DNA of 63,975 nt, the filler included, from Rhizaria sp. SCN 62-66 (taxonomy: Eukaryota), in NCBI GenBank assembly GCA_001724265.1. It is 4 parts of 4 records of this genome, joined end to end, with 100 filler letters (N's around TTAATTAATTAA, not from the genome) between each part and the next. Parts side by side here need not be neighbours in the genome. Positions count along the whole stretch, not along the records: positions 29,644 to 58,171 come from MEDY01000511.1; positions 58,272 to 63,975 come from MEDY01000628.1; 2 more parts are not named here. One strand, 5' to 3'. Positions 51,888-63,763 of this stretch are shown here, in pieces. A model generated the notes under the pieces. It was not told the DNA's origin. It made no database searches and saw only the letters and a list, made by a program, of their open reading frames with translations. A program made the position numbers and the translations under genes. Position 1 is the first letter of the stretch. Every line of letters starts with the position of its first letter.

Positions 51888-52534
51888 GTGCTGGAGTCGT
51901 GGGAAAGCGCTACGGCTAACTGATAGTTGCAGTGCTGTGACGAGAAAGCGCGAGGATCTGGTGCTGAAACTGGGGAAAGACTGTGGCCGAGAGCGCCTTG
52001 CTTTGGGCTGTGGGGATCCTGAGTCAGCTGAGCGAGAGTGAAAATGATGTGTGTGAGCTTGAAGAAGTCATTTGTAGATGTGTAAAAAAACCAAGACATT
52101 TTAAATTAGCGCATATGATTGGTGTTAAAACGCCACTACTAATAGCGGTCGCTGGAGCGCATACTATACTTTGCAAACCAACCTCACACCGATGGATCGC
52201 AATCTCCCCGTCTCCAGCCTCCTCTGCCTTTTTGCAATGGTTCACAACAAAGATACACTGGAGTTGAGTGTATTTTGTGCAAACATAAGTCTTATTTTGT
52301 TCAGATTCTCTTTTTGTTAACCATTTTCTTGTTTTCCTCGTTATTGTGCACCAAACCGCCATCCTCGCCCTTCATTGCACGCCAGCCACGACCACACCCC
52401 ACCTACAAAGCAACACTGTAGCAGAGTCAAATCAGTACTTATCGAAACCCAGCCTTGGCATTCAGCCACAATCATTCCTTCTAGTACCACTTTGCAGCCT
52501 TAACAAACCACACGCTGCTCTTTGCTCTCAAAAC

Positions 52535-53050
52535 ATGTTCTCCCGCACCTGCATCCTCCCGCTCCTCACCAAGCACGCTAATGCTAACGCCGCTAACGCT
52601 GCCCACCTGCACATGACGCCCCGCGGCGCCGCGCTCCCCGCCGCGGGCTTGCGCGCCCCGCTCTCCCTTGCCGCGACCGTGGGCGGCGCCCTCCGCCGCG
52701 GCTTCGCGACCACCAACGGCGCCGCCGCGGCCGCCGCCGTGGCCGCCGCCAACGCGCGCGCCCGCGTCGGCGCCAGCGGTCTGACTCTGGAGCAGGGCGG
52801 CCACTCGAGCTCGTCGGGCATTCGCAACACGGCGCTGTTCTTCCTGATGGCCACGGCGGTGGGGCTGATTGCGTACCACTCGTTCACGCAGCTGCGCACG
52901 AGTGATATCTTCAACGACGAGAAGGAGCATATCGCAGACGTCGTCGCCGAGCTCAAGAAGGAGGAGTACGTCGAGGAGGAGAGGCGCCTTGCCAAGCTGC
53001 GCCAGCAGGCGTACGCTGCCAACGTCAGCAAGGACGGCAACAAGAAGTAA
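52535..53050 (+). CDS. Small probable mitochondrial single-pass membrane protein
   Basis: Acid-free Arg/Ala/Leu-rich N-terminus ending RRGFAT, one TM helix, charged C-terminus, TAA stop. Confidence 0.6.
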   Translation: MFSRTCILPLLTKHANANAANAAHLHMTPRGAALPAAGLRAPLSLAATVGGALRRGFATTNGAAAAAAVAAANARARVGASGLTLEQGGHSSSSGIRNTALFFLMATAVGLIAYHSFTQLRTSDIFNDEKEHIADVVAELKKEEYVEEERRLAKLRQQAYAANVSKDGNKK

Positions 53051-53723
53051 GTGGAAAGCCACGCGAAGCCACGCAATGCAAAGCTGGGTGCAGTTTTGGA
53101 CTTCAGCTTTAGTAACCCTGTGCCAAATGTGCATAGTGCTGGCGAATATAACGAATATATGATACCTGGTGGTGTGTACTCATATATGCTGTTTGTTATT
53201 GTGAATGTGTGTATTTATTATTTCATTCCTGTATGATTTAGATATGTTTTGTGCGTCGAATTTAATGTTGCATCAAGCCTCCGAAGATACAAAATAGTTT
53301 AAGAACATCGCAACGCACGAGTATTTCGACTCAAAACCCAATGCTGTCGCATTATGATATTTATTTTTAACTCGAATGTTATATATTTGATATTTGTCTC
53401 CATAAAATATCGCTAATGATGCTAATATATGGCACTTAGACGTTCGAAACTTGTTTGCGGTGTGTCGCCCGCAAGTCAGACCCAAAGCCAGGAACTCCAA
53501 CGGCTAGAGCCTTCTCTTAAATTGTCTGTAAGTCAAAACTCCGACGTGCCAGTATTAGTTACCAACTACTTTTGGTAACCAATAGAAGTATTTTATTAGT
53601 TCCTTTAATTATTTCTTAAAAATTCTTGTTTTCACGCCGCCATATCCATATTTGTAGGATCACTCTCGCGCAGCTTCCTCGACCCTTCCCGACTCTCATT
53701 GCGCTGCCTGCCACTGTGTACCG

Positions 53724-54858
53724 ATGGAGTTGGCCACTCTCCACACGGCATCCCTTGCCGCGTCCGCCAATTTCGACCACGTTACCGCCATCGCCCTTGC
53801 AGAGCACCTCTGCGCGTCGCTACGTTCCCTGCCCCCAACAGCTTCCAATGCGAGCAACGTTAACGCTCCCCTAAACACGCCCGGCCCTGGCTCCGGCGCC
53901 GCGAGCGCTCGCCCGACAGGCCCGTTTACCGGCTTTAACGCGGGCCCCGTGCCGCCCGCGCTGCTGCACGCCGCCGACACGGCGTTGGCGCGCGTGGTCC
54001 TGGCGTCGGGCGACGCCGCGCGCGCGCTGGCACTGGCGGCAGCGGTCCCCACGCCCGCCGCGCGCTACGTCGCGGCCAAGGCGGCCTGCCTGCGGAACAA
54101 GTACGCCGACGCCGAGCGGATCCTGCTGCAGCCCCCCGTGGACGGCGTCGGCGCGCCGTGGTGGGACGCGATGGCGCAAACGACCTTCCCGTCGCTGGAC
54201 ACTGCGGCGGCGACGGCGACGGCCGAGGCGGCCACTGCGCTGGTGGCCACTTTCCCAGGTGCGTAACAAAAATGATCATCTTTAAACCAGCTAACCTCAA
54301 ATTCGGTCATGTTTTGTGTTTATTTCATACTTTTTTTGCTTTTATTCGTGAAATCTCACATATACCTCGTCAAATCGCTTGTTTTGTGTTGACGTTGATG
54401 TGTTTTAAGGCGGCGTCGCCGGCGTGCTGCTGCTGGGCCAGGCGGTGCAGGCCGGCGGCGACTGCGAACGCGCCGCCGCGGCCTACCGCCTCTGTCTGCG
54501 CGCGGACCCCTGGTGCTGGGCTGCGGTCGAGGGGCTGGCGAGTCTGGGGCAGGTCGTCCCGGTCGGCTACGCCATTGCAGCCACGAACGCTATCGCTAAC
54601 ATAAACAACAATAGCGGCTGTGCGGGCAATGCGGATGCGACTGAGGGCGACGGCGTGGACAAGGGGAGCGTGGTTGCGGCGGCGAGCGCGGCTATCAAGG
54701 CTTCGACAGCGCAATCATTCACTAAAGCATCGAACGGCAACAACACCAACAGTAGCAGCAGGAGCAGCGGCAGCGACAGCGCAACTGCCAGTCCCGGTGC
54801 CAGTGCAGCGAGTCAGGACCAGGGCCTGTTTGCGCCGATCACGACATCGAATCACGCC

Positions 54859-54889
<31 letters not shown>

Positions 54890-56026
54890 GTAGCAGCAGC
54901 AGTAGCAGCAGTGCCGTCGTCGAGGGTCTGGTACGCCTCTTCCCAGCCGTCACTTCGACGCAGGGCTCACTCGTCTTGGTGCCGCCAAACCCCGTACACG
55001 GTATAAGCAGCAGCGGCAGCGGCATTGTCGGCAGCGGCAGCAGTGCTCATCAAGCCTTATCTAGTGTTAGTGTGAATGTAAGTGTGCGCTTAGCCGACGT
55101 GGCAGTGGTAGAGGTGATTCCTGGCCAGAGTGTAGCTAGCCAGGCCGTTGCGCAGGGGACTTCGGGCGGCGCGGGGACGCATGTAAGTATATGGTACGGT
55201 CCCTCTAAGGGCCTCGTCGAGGAGAGTGTTAGTGCATCGCTGCATGCCCATCTAAGTACCCACAGTATCAACACTGACAGTGACAATGACGACAACGGGA
55301 ATCTGAGCTCTAGCGACGACGACGAAGACGACGACGACAGCAAGGATGAGGAAGAAGAGGAGCCGGACGGCAGTCTAAGTACCTCTACCAGGCCGGCGTC
55401 TCGGCGCGGCGCCCCGTCTAAGGGCCGCTCCTCCGCGGTTGGGAGTGTTGCCAGCACCTCTGGCAACAAGCGCGCGCTCTCGCAGCTGCTGACCGCGGCG
55501 GTGACGGCCTCGGCGCCGACCACGGCCGCCGCGCCCGCTGCCACGGAACCCGCTGCGACTGGGATTGCTGCCGCTGGCGCTGGCGCGATGGCTGGCAGCC
55601 GGGTGACGCGCTCCCGTCTAAGTACCCAGCCGCAGCAGGGTATTTACACTGATGATAGCCGCGGCCCACGATCACGCCGCGCGCGTACCTCGTCCGCGTC
55701 CCCCTTACATCACGCACAGAGCCCCTTAGACTCGCTCTCCGCCGCGAACAACAACAACAATAACAACAACAACAACAACAACGACGACGACGCCATGAGC
55801 AGCGGCAGCAGCGACCTGAATGACAGCGAAGACGACCTTGGCTATCACGGCGGCGACAACGGTGCCCGGGGGCTGGTCCAGCTGTCGCAGCCGTCGTCGG
55901 TCGCCACGGTGGCTGTTAAGGCCAAGACTAAGGTCAAGGCCAAGGGAGGTGCTGCGCGCCTGAAGTCTCGCACCAAGCAGAGCAACAGCGGCCGCAGCCG
56001 CGCTAGCCGCACCCACAACAACGACG

Positions 56027-56113
<87 letters not shown>

Positions 56114-58013
56114 GCAGCAGCTCTGTGGGGGCCGACATCCGTGTGGGCGTTGTCGCAGCCGCGGTCACGGCCGCCGCCGCAGCCGCCGCGGCGCCCGCTG
56201 CAGTGGCCTTAGCCAAGCCGCTGCGCACGGTAGCCAAGGCGGCGCTTACGCTCGGCGAGTTCAAGGCCAAGGTACGCCGCACATATGTCTCGCGTTCGCT
56301 TAACAAAGCTCAAATACGCCATTCCAACTGCGTCCTGGATTGCTCTCTTTAGTCTCCATGTAATTTTACTCTTCTATCAATTGTGATATGATGATTTAAC
56401 TTTCGTATATCTTTCGAAATGTATCTGGTATCGTCTCACTCACGATCTGTGTCTGTGTGTACTGAACGCCTTCCCCTCGCCCCACCGCAGAGCACGCAGA
56501 TCCTGTTATCGCAGCTACCCTGCAACTACAAGACCTCGACCGCACTCGCCCTCGCCGTGCGCGCGCACTCCGAGGCCGGCGCCGCCGCCGCCGCCGCCGC
56601 CGCTGCCACCGCGGCCGCCGCGCATGAGCCAGGTTGGCTGGGCGCGGCCGACGTGGCGTCCACGGCGCTCTGGCTGCTCGGCGACGGGCCCGCGCTCGCC
56701 GCGCTCGCGCACCGCTGCATCGGCATCGACAAGTACGTATATAGCGCAGTCTTCAGAGCAGATTACTGCAATGGCATGAGTTTAGATCATCTCGTTTGTA
56801 TTTCAAGTAGACTTAGAAACATATTCCTTTTTTTAAGTTGAGACGCGCCAAGCAACGTGTATAGTTTCCTTCACCAATTTTTTCTCACACTTGACTTGAC
56901 GCACGTGTTTTTTTGCTTTTTCTTCTTAGACACGCCGCCGTGACGCTGGTGGTGACGGGCAACTTCCTGTCGTTCCAGCGGCGGCGGCCCGACGCGCTGG
57001 CGCTTTTCGCGCGCGCCGCGGCGGCGGCCCCGCGCTACGCATACCCGCACTCGCTGCGCGGCGCCGAGCTGGCGCTGCTGGACCGGCGCGGCGAGGCACG
57101 GCAGGCATACCGCGCTGCGCTGGCCGTGGACCCGCGCCACTACCGGGCATGGTGCGGGCTGGCCGCGCTGTGCGAGGGCGCGGCCGAGGCGGCGCAGGCG
57201 CAGAGCTACGCCACCGTGGCCGCCAGGACGCACCCCAACTCGGCCGCGGTGCGCATCGCGCTGGGCAAGACGCTCGTGGCGCGCGGCGCGCTGGAGGACG
57301 CAGCCAAGGTCTTCGACCAGGTACGTGGCGCCAAACATGACTCAAAACATGTCATGACAGATTTTACAATGGATATAACGCCTACTAAGCCAGAAATTTT
57401 GCAACCCTGTTGAAGTTACACATTTCTCACGAATGATTTCATGATTTTACCATTTTTGCGATATTATGTGAATCTGGACATCTAGGCGCACACGTTGGAC
57501 CGCCGCAATGCGACGGCGCTGCTGCACATCGCGCACGTGGCGCGGCGCCTGGGCCACCTGCCGCAGGCCGCGGCCGCGCTGACGGCGGCGCTGGCGCTGG
57601 CACCCAACGAGCCGGGGCTGCACTACGACCTGGCTGAGGTGTTCGCCGAGGCCGGGCTGCTGGCGACTGCGCGCGGCAGCTTCATGACGGCGTGGGCGCT
57701 GCAGCCGCTGCTGTGGGGACACGCCAAGCGGCGCGCAGACGAGGTCGAGGGCGAGGGCGACGAGAACAACGGCGGCGGCGGCGGTGGCGGCGCGGGTGAA
57801 GGGGCCAAGAGGCGCGCTGCCGCGATTGCGGCCGTGATGGCCAATGTCAAGAGCTACAACTACAGCAGCAGCAATTGGAGCAGCAGTGGCAGCGCTGCGG
57901 CCGCGACGGTGGGGATGGGCGGGGCGAGTCTGAGGGGTGAGGCGGCGGTTACGGCCGAGAAGGAGGCCGCTAAGGCCCTGTGCGAGGCCGACAGGCGGTA
58001 TGCCATCGTGTGA
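53724..58013 (+). CDS. CDC27: Anaphase-promoting complex subunit CDC27/APC3-like TPR protein (exons 53724-54258, 54410-56271, 56491-56732, 56930-57320, 57486-58013)
   Basis: N-terminal AIALAEHL and CLRADPWCWAAVEGL; long disordered loop; C-terminal TPRs STALWLL, GNFLSFQR, YAYPHSLRGAE, DPRHYRAWCGL; TGA stop. Confidence 0.8.
56030..56112 (+). repeat. (AAC)n poly-Asn tract within CDC27 loop
   Basis: About 28 perfect AAC units; shorter tracts occur near 54859 and 55747. Confidence 0.9.
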
Positions 58014-58077
58014 ATGCAAGAGTCAAAGTAACTGGTGTCACAGATCGTAGAATGTTAGGCCGACCATCATATTAGTA

Positions 58078-58171
58078 CCCCCGATGTAGAGGTTTATGAA
58101 AAAACGTGTTTTCCGCGATTTTCGCGCCTTGGTGCGCACTTTTCTATTTCACTACGAGCGAAATAGTCCAT
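58078..58171 (+). repeat. Probable dispersed-repeat / transposon end at contig break
   Basis: Similar to the reverse complement of 1-92; begins TA|CCCCC and runs into the gap. Confidence 0.45.
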
Positions 58172-58271
58172 NNNNNNNNNNNNNNNNNNNNNNNNNNNNN
58201 NNNNNNNNNNNNNNNTTAATTAATTAANNNNNNNNNNNNNNNNNNNNNNNNNNNNNNNNNNNNNNNNNNNN
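58172..58271. other. Artificial contig spacer
   Basis: Ns with TTAATTAATTAA core. Confidence 0.97.
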
Positions 58272-58893
58272 CCCGTTTTCCACACTGCGACAACATCCTG
58301 TTCGCGAATGGCTGAATAAAGAATAACGTCGGGTTGAACGCCGCGAAAACTAGGAACTTTGAACGCCAACGCCATCATGTAACGGTGCTTCTCCAAGTGG
58401 ATTTCCTCTCGTGACGTGACAACCGCCGTGACATGGTGAGCGCCGGCGGCATTGTCAATGGCGGACATGGCTCCTCACAAAGAAAAAAAAACCAGTACAG
58501 GAAGCGGCCTGGCGGAAAGGAAATGAATACGAAAACCATGGCAAATAGTTTTTAACCGCCGTGGGATAGCGTTTAGATAGTCCAAGGATTGTAAACGGAG
58601 GGTTGGTGATTAGCGAAAGAGTCTCCTATTTGTGATATACAGGGGTGGACTCTACCCTTAACATTGGGTAATATAAGAAGCGCAAAGAACGCGTAGCTTT
58701 TATTATTACTCTCAACAACAGGCTGTACAACGGCTTGTTCAGGTTGCTTTCCAAGCGTAGCATCCATTTGTTGAAAGAGCTTAATACTCGCAGCCAACCC
58801 TTCACTTGTCAAGCTCTCCCGCTTGTTCTTAGCGTCCCTTGCCTTAATGCGTGCCAAGGAGAAGAACAAAAAAAAAGCTTTTCCGAGAACAAC

Positions 58894-59210
58894 ACCGTAA
58901 AGTGGTGGGTTGACGAACTGTCGAAGATCATCGGCGCGTACAATAAAACACTTCATTCTGCACTCGAGGGGTTGACGCCAAATGAGGCCGTAGTGAAATC
59001 GTCCATCGTGTTGAACATAAACTTAAGGAACAAGGAAGGAAACACGATGAGTAAGTACAAAGTGGGACAACTGGTGAGAAAGAGGCTGAAGAAAGCGACA
59101 TTCGCGAAAGGGTATAAACAGCAGTGGAGCACGAAGACGTACACCATTAAGGAAGGGCGCGTAGCGCGCGTAAACGCTACCCTCGAGACGACAAGGTATG
59201 ATCTCCAGGT
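58894..59210 (+). pseudogene. C-terminal remnant of a Polinton/Maverick-type (retroviral-like) integrase
   Basis: WVDELSKIIGAYNKTLHSAL..LTPNEA and YKVGQLVR....TFAKGYKQQWSTKTYTI; no recognisable catalytic core upstream. Confidence 0.7.
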
Positions 59211-59757
59211 AGCGTCGGAAGATCAGGCAGTCCATCGTGCCGAAAAAGTCGCGCGGGTTGAGCGGGCGCTTGTTCAAGAAGGTGAACAGGATAGCCCGAC
59301 CACAAACACGAAGCGCAAGAGTACCAAAAACAAGTTAAGAAAAACGATTTCGTGCATCCTGTCGATGGCTACCCGTTGGCGTTGTTCAAGGTCATTGATC
59401 AGAAAACTAACCGACCGCGTACACCCCCATATAACCCACGCAAAAAAGGAGCAGCTTAAGAGGCTGCACCATGATGCCGTGCGGAAAAAGCTCTTACACC
59501 AACAGCGCAGGACCAGCGCTCAGGAAAAACAGGGCTCAAACCGACCTATCGCAAAAGCGATCAGTATGATTTTTCTGATTGTCTGATTTGAAGATTGGGA
59601 AATTTGATTTGTCCAATCATGTCTGGTATTTTGATGATTTGACCAATAAACAAGCTCTATTCAGTAAACCAGACTTTTATGACAGTTTCTCGTATACAAC
59701 CCGCCTTTTTTATGGCGGGAAACGGTTCAGCGCGAACAACTCGCCTAGAATCCACTT

Positions 59758-59795
59758 TTGAGCTGCCTTGAGCTGCCTTGAGCTGCCTTGAGCTG
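59758..59795 (+). repeat. 10-bp tandem repeat (TTGAGCTGCC)x3.8 upstream of the transposase ATG
   Basis: Directly visible in the sequence. Confidence 0.9.
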
Positions 59796-59826
59796 TGCAT
59801 GGTCGCCAAGATCAGGGAAGATCACC

Positions 59827-62739
59827 ATGCCGCCTGTTCGTGCGGGTCGAAGAGAATGCGTTTGGCCCGCTCTGCATGAGTGCGTGGCAGGCTCTCGTAG
59901 GGCCTTGACGCACGGCTCGACGGGGCTGTCGGTCAACAGCATCTTCCTTGGGAAGATCGTTTGCACGACCGTCTTCCATGCCGTCAAGCGGAGTTGCCAG
60001 AGGAACAAGGCATTCGCCTTGACGGTCGATTCGCTTGACCTGCCTCCTCCTCTATGCCCAGACGCGCCGGCGCCGCCGGTTCAGCTGAGCGCCCTGTTGA
60101 ACGAGCTGAAAGCCATGCACGACGAGCGCGACTTGCTGCAGCAAGAGTATAAAGCGCAAATGTCAAAGTTGATTGATGAGTGTACTCTATTGCGCGCGGA
60201 GGTGCAGGATTTGAGGGAGCGGCTGAGATCGTCGCAGGACGATCATATTGCCACGTCCAAAGCGCTCACCTCGCTCCGCCGTTCTGCGTCTGCTCTGCGC
60301 AAGAGTAATGCGCCTTGTACGAGAGTTGCATTAAAATTCTTCCGGGGCTCACGCATTATTGCAGTGATTCGGTTTCGTCAAGGTATCAAAAATTTTGCGA
60401 CTTTCATGATAAAAGAACGCGATTCGCCATTTTCGCTTTTTGATTTTGAGGAGGTTGTGGCCGCTTTGAGGAGGCGTCCAGGGTTTCAGAGTACACTGGA
60501 CGTACTGCAAACTCTGGCATCTTGCCATTCATCAAAAAGCAAGGCTCTTGGCGCGGCGCACATTCTGGCCAAACTGGTCAACCAAAACGCCAATGCGCTC
60601 TCGAGCGAGCTGGCGTTGATTCTGCATCTACGCGGTGCCACTGACCGCGCCATTGGCATTCTTGCCACGGCCGGCATTACTGACACCCCGTCAGCTATGC
60701 GGCTCCGCATGGACCGCATCTTCAAGGACCATAAAAAATTTTGCCTGACTAAATTGTCGGCGGCGCCATGTCGTCTTAGAGTAGTCAACATCGACGACTA
60801 TCATGCCGGAGCAACCCTTCGGTTCGTCTCGATATTGATGATTTCATTTTCTAATGTATTTTTTTTAATGACAGGAGACCCGACAAAACCTCGAGCAGCG
60901 CGTTCTGCCACATGGCCACCGAGCTCATCTCCATAGGTACTTTGGATGCGCCCCGCCACGGCGGCGTTCGCGTTGATCCGCACGTCAAGGCGAGCGTGAT
61001 CAACGATTTTATTCGCCATTTTCAGGAGGAGTTGAGCCAGACGTATATGGCCACGAACGTTGGCAAGCGACGCGACGAGGGCGACATTACGGGCAAAGTG
61101 CGTGTCCACGACTACGACGGCGACGTTCATGGTTCGCTCCTATGCGCCATTCGCGGGCTTCTTACCCACTCTTCTTAGCACGTCACAGCGAGCGCACGCT
61201 TGCGAACTGCCTCGTTGTTGGATGCCGCGAAAAGCAGCTCAAGAACGCGCAAGCATATGCCGATTCCATCAATCACGTTTATCAGTATTTGGCCGACCAT
61301 GTCCGTCATTACAATATTGTTGGCGTTTTTGATGGACCCGGCTTTATGTTTTTGTCGCGCCTTGCGGCACAGCGCGTTGCCCCTATGGTGCTTTTTATCA
61401 TTGCTGTGTCGCAGTTGACTAACGTAGATAATAGATTTTGGACCACATGGTCGTTCTTATCGACCCTCTGCATATCTCTTTGAACGCAAATGAAGGAGTC
61501 ATTGTGAGACATCATGCATTTTTTAGCGCTGTTTGGAAAGGACTCTTTCCAAAGGCGTTGCCTCTCGCCAAAAAACCGCAGGCGTGGCGAACAATGTTTC
61601 TGCTCTGCATCATCGATGAGGCCTACATGCGCATCCGCGACGACCTATTGCGGCGGTTCCTGCCGCATGCCAGTCACGAGATGAGGTGGCTTTTGATTCT
61701 TCTTGAAGAGGAGATACCCGCGGCGCTCGATGTTTTTTCAGTATTGCACAAGGCCGGAAATGTGACCGAGATGCTGAAGGTGTGCACACGACTGTGGACT
61801 ACTTTTGCCCACCAAAAGCGTACGAAGTACCAGTGCAACATGCTTCATTATATATATGCACATCTATTATCGTCTCCAACGTCGCGCGTGCTCTCGGAGT
61901 CGATGCCTGTACGAATTATTCCATATTCAGCTACACGCTGACATCGATCTAGGGTGTCAATGCTCAGTTTGTCGAGCTTCACCATGGACAGCTACGGCAT
62001 GCATCGAGCCCGCAAACATCCCCTGCACACTTGGGCGTCATTTCGAGCGTGCTCAACTCCGCCGCTGACCGACTTCACGATTTCTACAGAGCCTTCCCTC
62101 CTCGCGAGCCGAGTCGCTTCGACGGCAAAAACATGCCTCAGCAAATTCTCCGTACAGCCCGTGTGCTCGTCGATTTGTTCGCGGCCGTCGACGCTCACGA
62201 CAGGTCTAATGTGGCCGAGCTTAAGGTATGTCTGACATCACTTGCGAGTTTGCTGACGTCTCGCCTTGTAGTACAAGAACCTGAAGAACGGCACAACCCG
62301 ACTTGAGGGTTTAGAACCCTCCTACATAGAAGGCGCGTTCATTCCGGTCAAGAATATGTGCCTAGCATATTCGTCGGCCGTGGAGCCCCAGCCAGCCGTG
62401 CGGCTATGCGACGACGTGATGTGCCACAAGCCGAACGATGTAAGCCCGCTCACGCTTCTCGCCTGCGGTCACCGCCTCCACAGCCGTTGTCTGGCCGTAC
62501 GTGAGGGTGTGTGCAAACCGTGCAACACTCTTCGGGAAGATCTTCTATTTTCCAACTCTCAAAAGTGGAACGACTACTTGGACCGCCCTTTTGTGGATGG
62601 CGATCTTCAGAAGGAAGATGAGGACCTCGACGACGAGGATTTAATCGATGTTGCTGAGGAGGAGGAGGAAAGTATTCAAGAAAGCTCTCAAAAATACGAC
62701 CTGGCGCATGAGTGGTCTGTACTTAAAGCATGTATTTAG
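59827..62739 (+). CDS. Putative DDE transposase with C-terminal RING-like finger (introns 60317-60364, 60822-60874, 61132-61178, 61388-61434, 61909-61952, 62226-62271)
   Basis: Removing six 44-53 nt GT-AG introns gives one ORF with VVNIDDYH, VGVFDGPGF, LIDPLHISLNA (DxxH), FVELHH and C..C..CGHRLHSRC..CKPC. Confidence 0.75.
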
Positions 62740-63180
62740 TGTATTCTTTGAAAATTTTTGTAAATATACGTTGGATTGCCCAAGGATTTACACATGACGA
62801 TGCTGGGCAGCCGCTGCCAGCCGCCAGCAGCAGCAGATTGGAAATGCTGACAGATCTTTACGGTAAACATTTACCGGATTAGTCGGTTTGAGCCCTGTTG
62901 CGCTCAGGAATTGCGCTCAGGATCTTCGGAGCAAAATCGCATGCTGGTAGCGCATGCGACAGAATCGGGATTGAGGCGCTTTTGAGATTGAATCAATCGC
63001 GAAGTAAGGGGAGCCATATTAGCCCATGTTGAAGGTTGCTCAGGGTTGTGAGATATTGCTCTGATTGGCCGATGGCGGTTTGTTCGGATGCCTGCTTGCA
63101 GCGCTCTTGCTTTTTCCCCCCCACTCGCTTTTCCCTCGTCGGTTGTTTCTGCGTTGCGGGATCTTGTGGGCTTTAGACAG

Positions 63181-63567
63181 ATGGCCAGCGATCTCGTCGT
63201 GATGGGTAACAAAGCCATGCTTCAAACCTACCATGACTTTGCCGATGGTTTCGAAAGCGTCTTCGAGGTGACCGCGAATGGCACGCTGAGGGCTGATCGC
63301 GCTCGTCGTGCGGCCGTGAGTAATTGGGTCAACAGCAACTTGATCATGATTCAGTTGATCACGGGTGTGGTTGTTAGTCCGGTGAGCTTTGCCACCCCTG
63401 CATATGGCGACGCCCATGTGACTAACGCGAACCATCAGAAGATGCTCAGCTACTACGCACTGTCTTTCACTGCCTATGTTCGTTACTGCCAGACTGTCAA
63501 CCGTCTCCCCCATGGCCGTTATCTCCCCATTACAGATGTTGCTCGCGTTGAGGAGGTAGATGAATAA
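63181..63567 (+). CDS. Hypothetical protein (128 aa)
   Basis: ATG-to-TAA ORF with globular-like composition; no recognisable family. Confidence 0.4.
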   Translation: MASDLVVMGNKAMLQTYHDFADGFESVFEVTANGTLRADRARRAAVSNWVNSNLIMIQLITGVVVSPVSFATPAYGDAHVTNANHQKMLSYYALSFTAYVRYCQTVNRLPHGRYLPITDVARVEEVDE

Positions 63568-63763
63568 AATCACTGAATGCTAGGTTGCTGCTATAGAGGG
63601 GGTGTTTGGGGGGTTGAGAATTTCAGAAAAGGCTGGGTCTAAAATGAGAAAAGTACTTGTCTAAAATGAGAATCAATCCAGATCGATGTCGATCCAGATC
63701 CATAAAATTGTTTCCGCCTTTCCCGCCACTTGTTTCCCGCCAAATTTTCGGCCGCACGGCACG

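Larger units (their letters stand above)
59530..62897 (+). mobile_element. TIR DNA transposon, ~3.37 kb, apparently intact
   Basis: Perfect 16-bp inverted repeats CAGGGCTCAAACCGAC (59530-59545 and 62882-62897; 18 bp with flanking AA/TT) bracket one spliced transposase-like gene. Confidence 0.85.
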
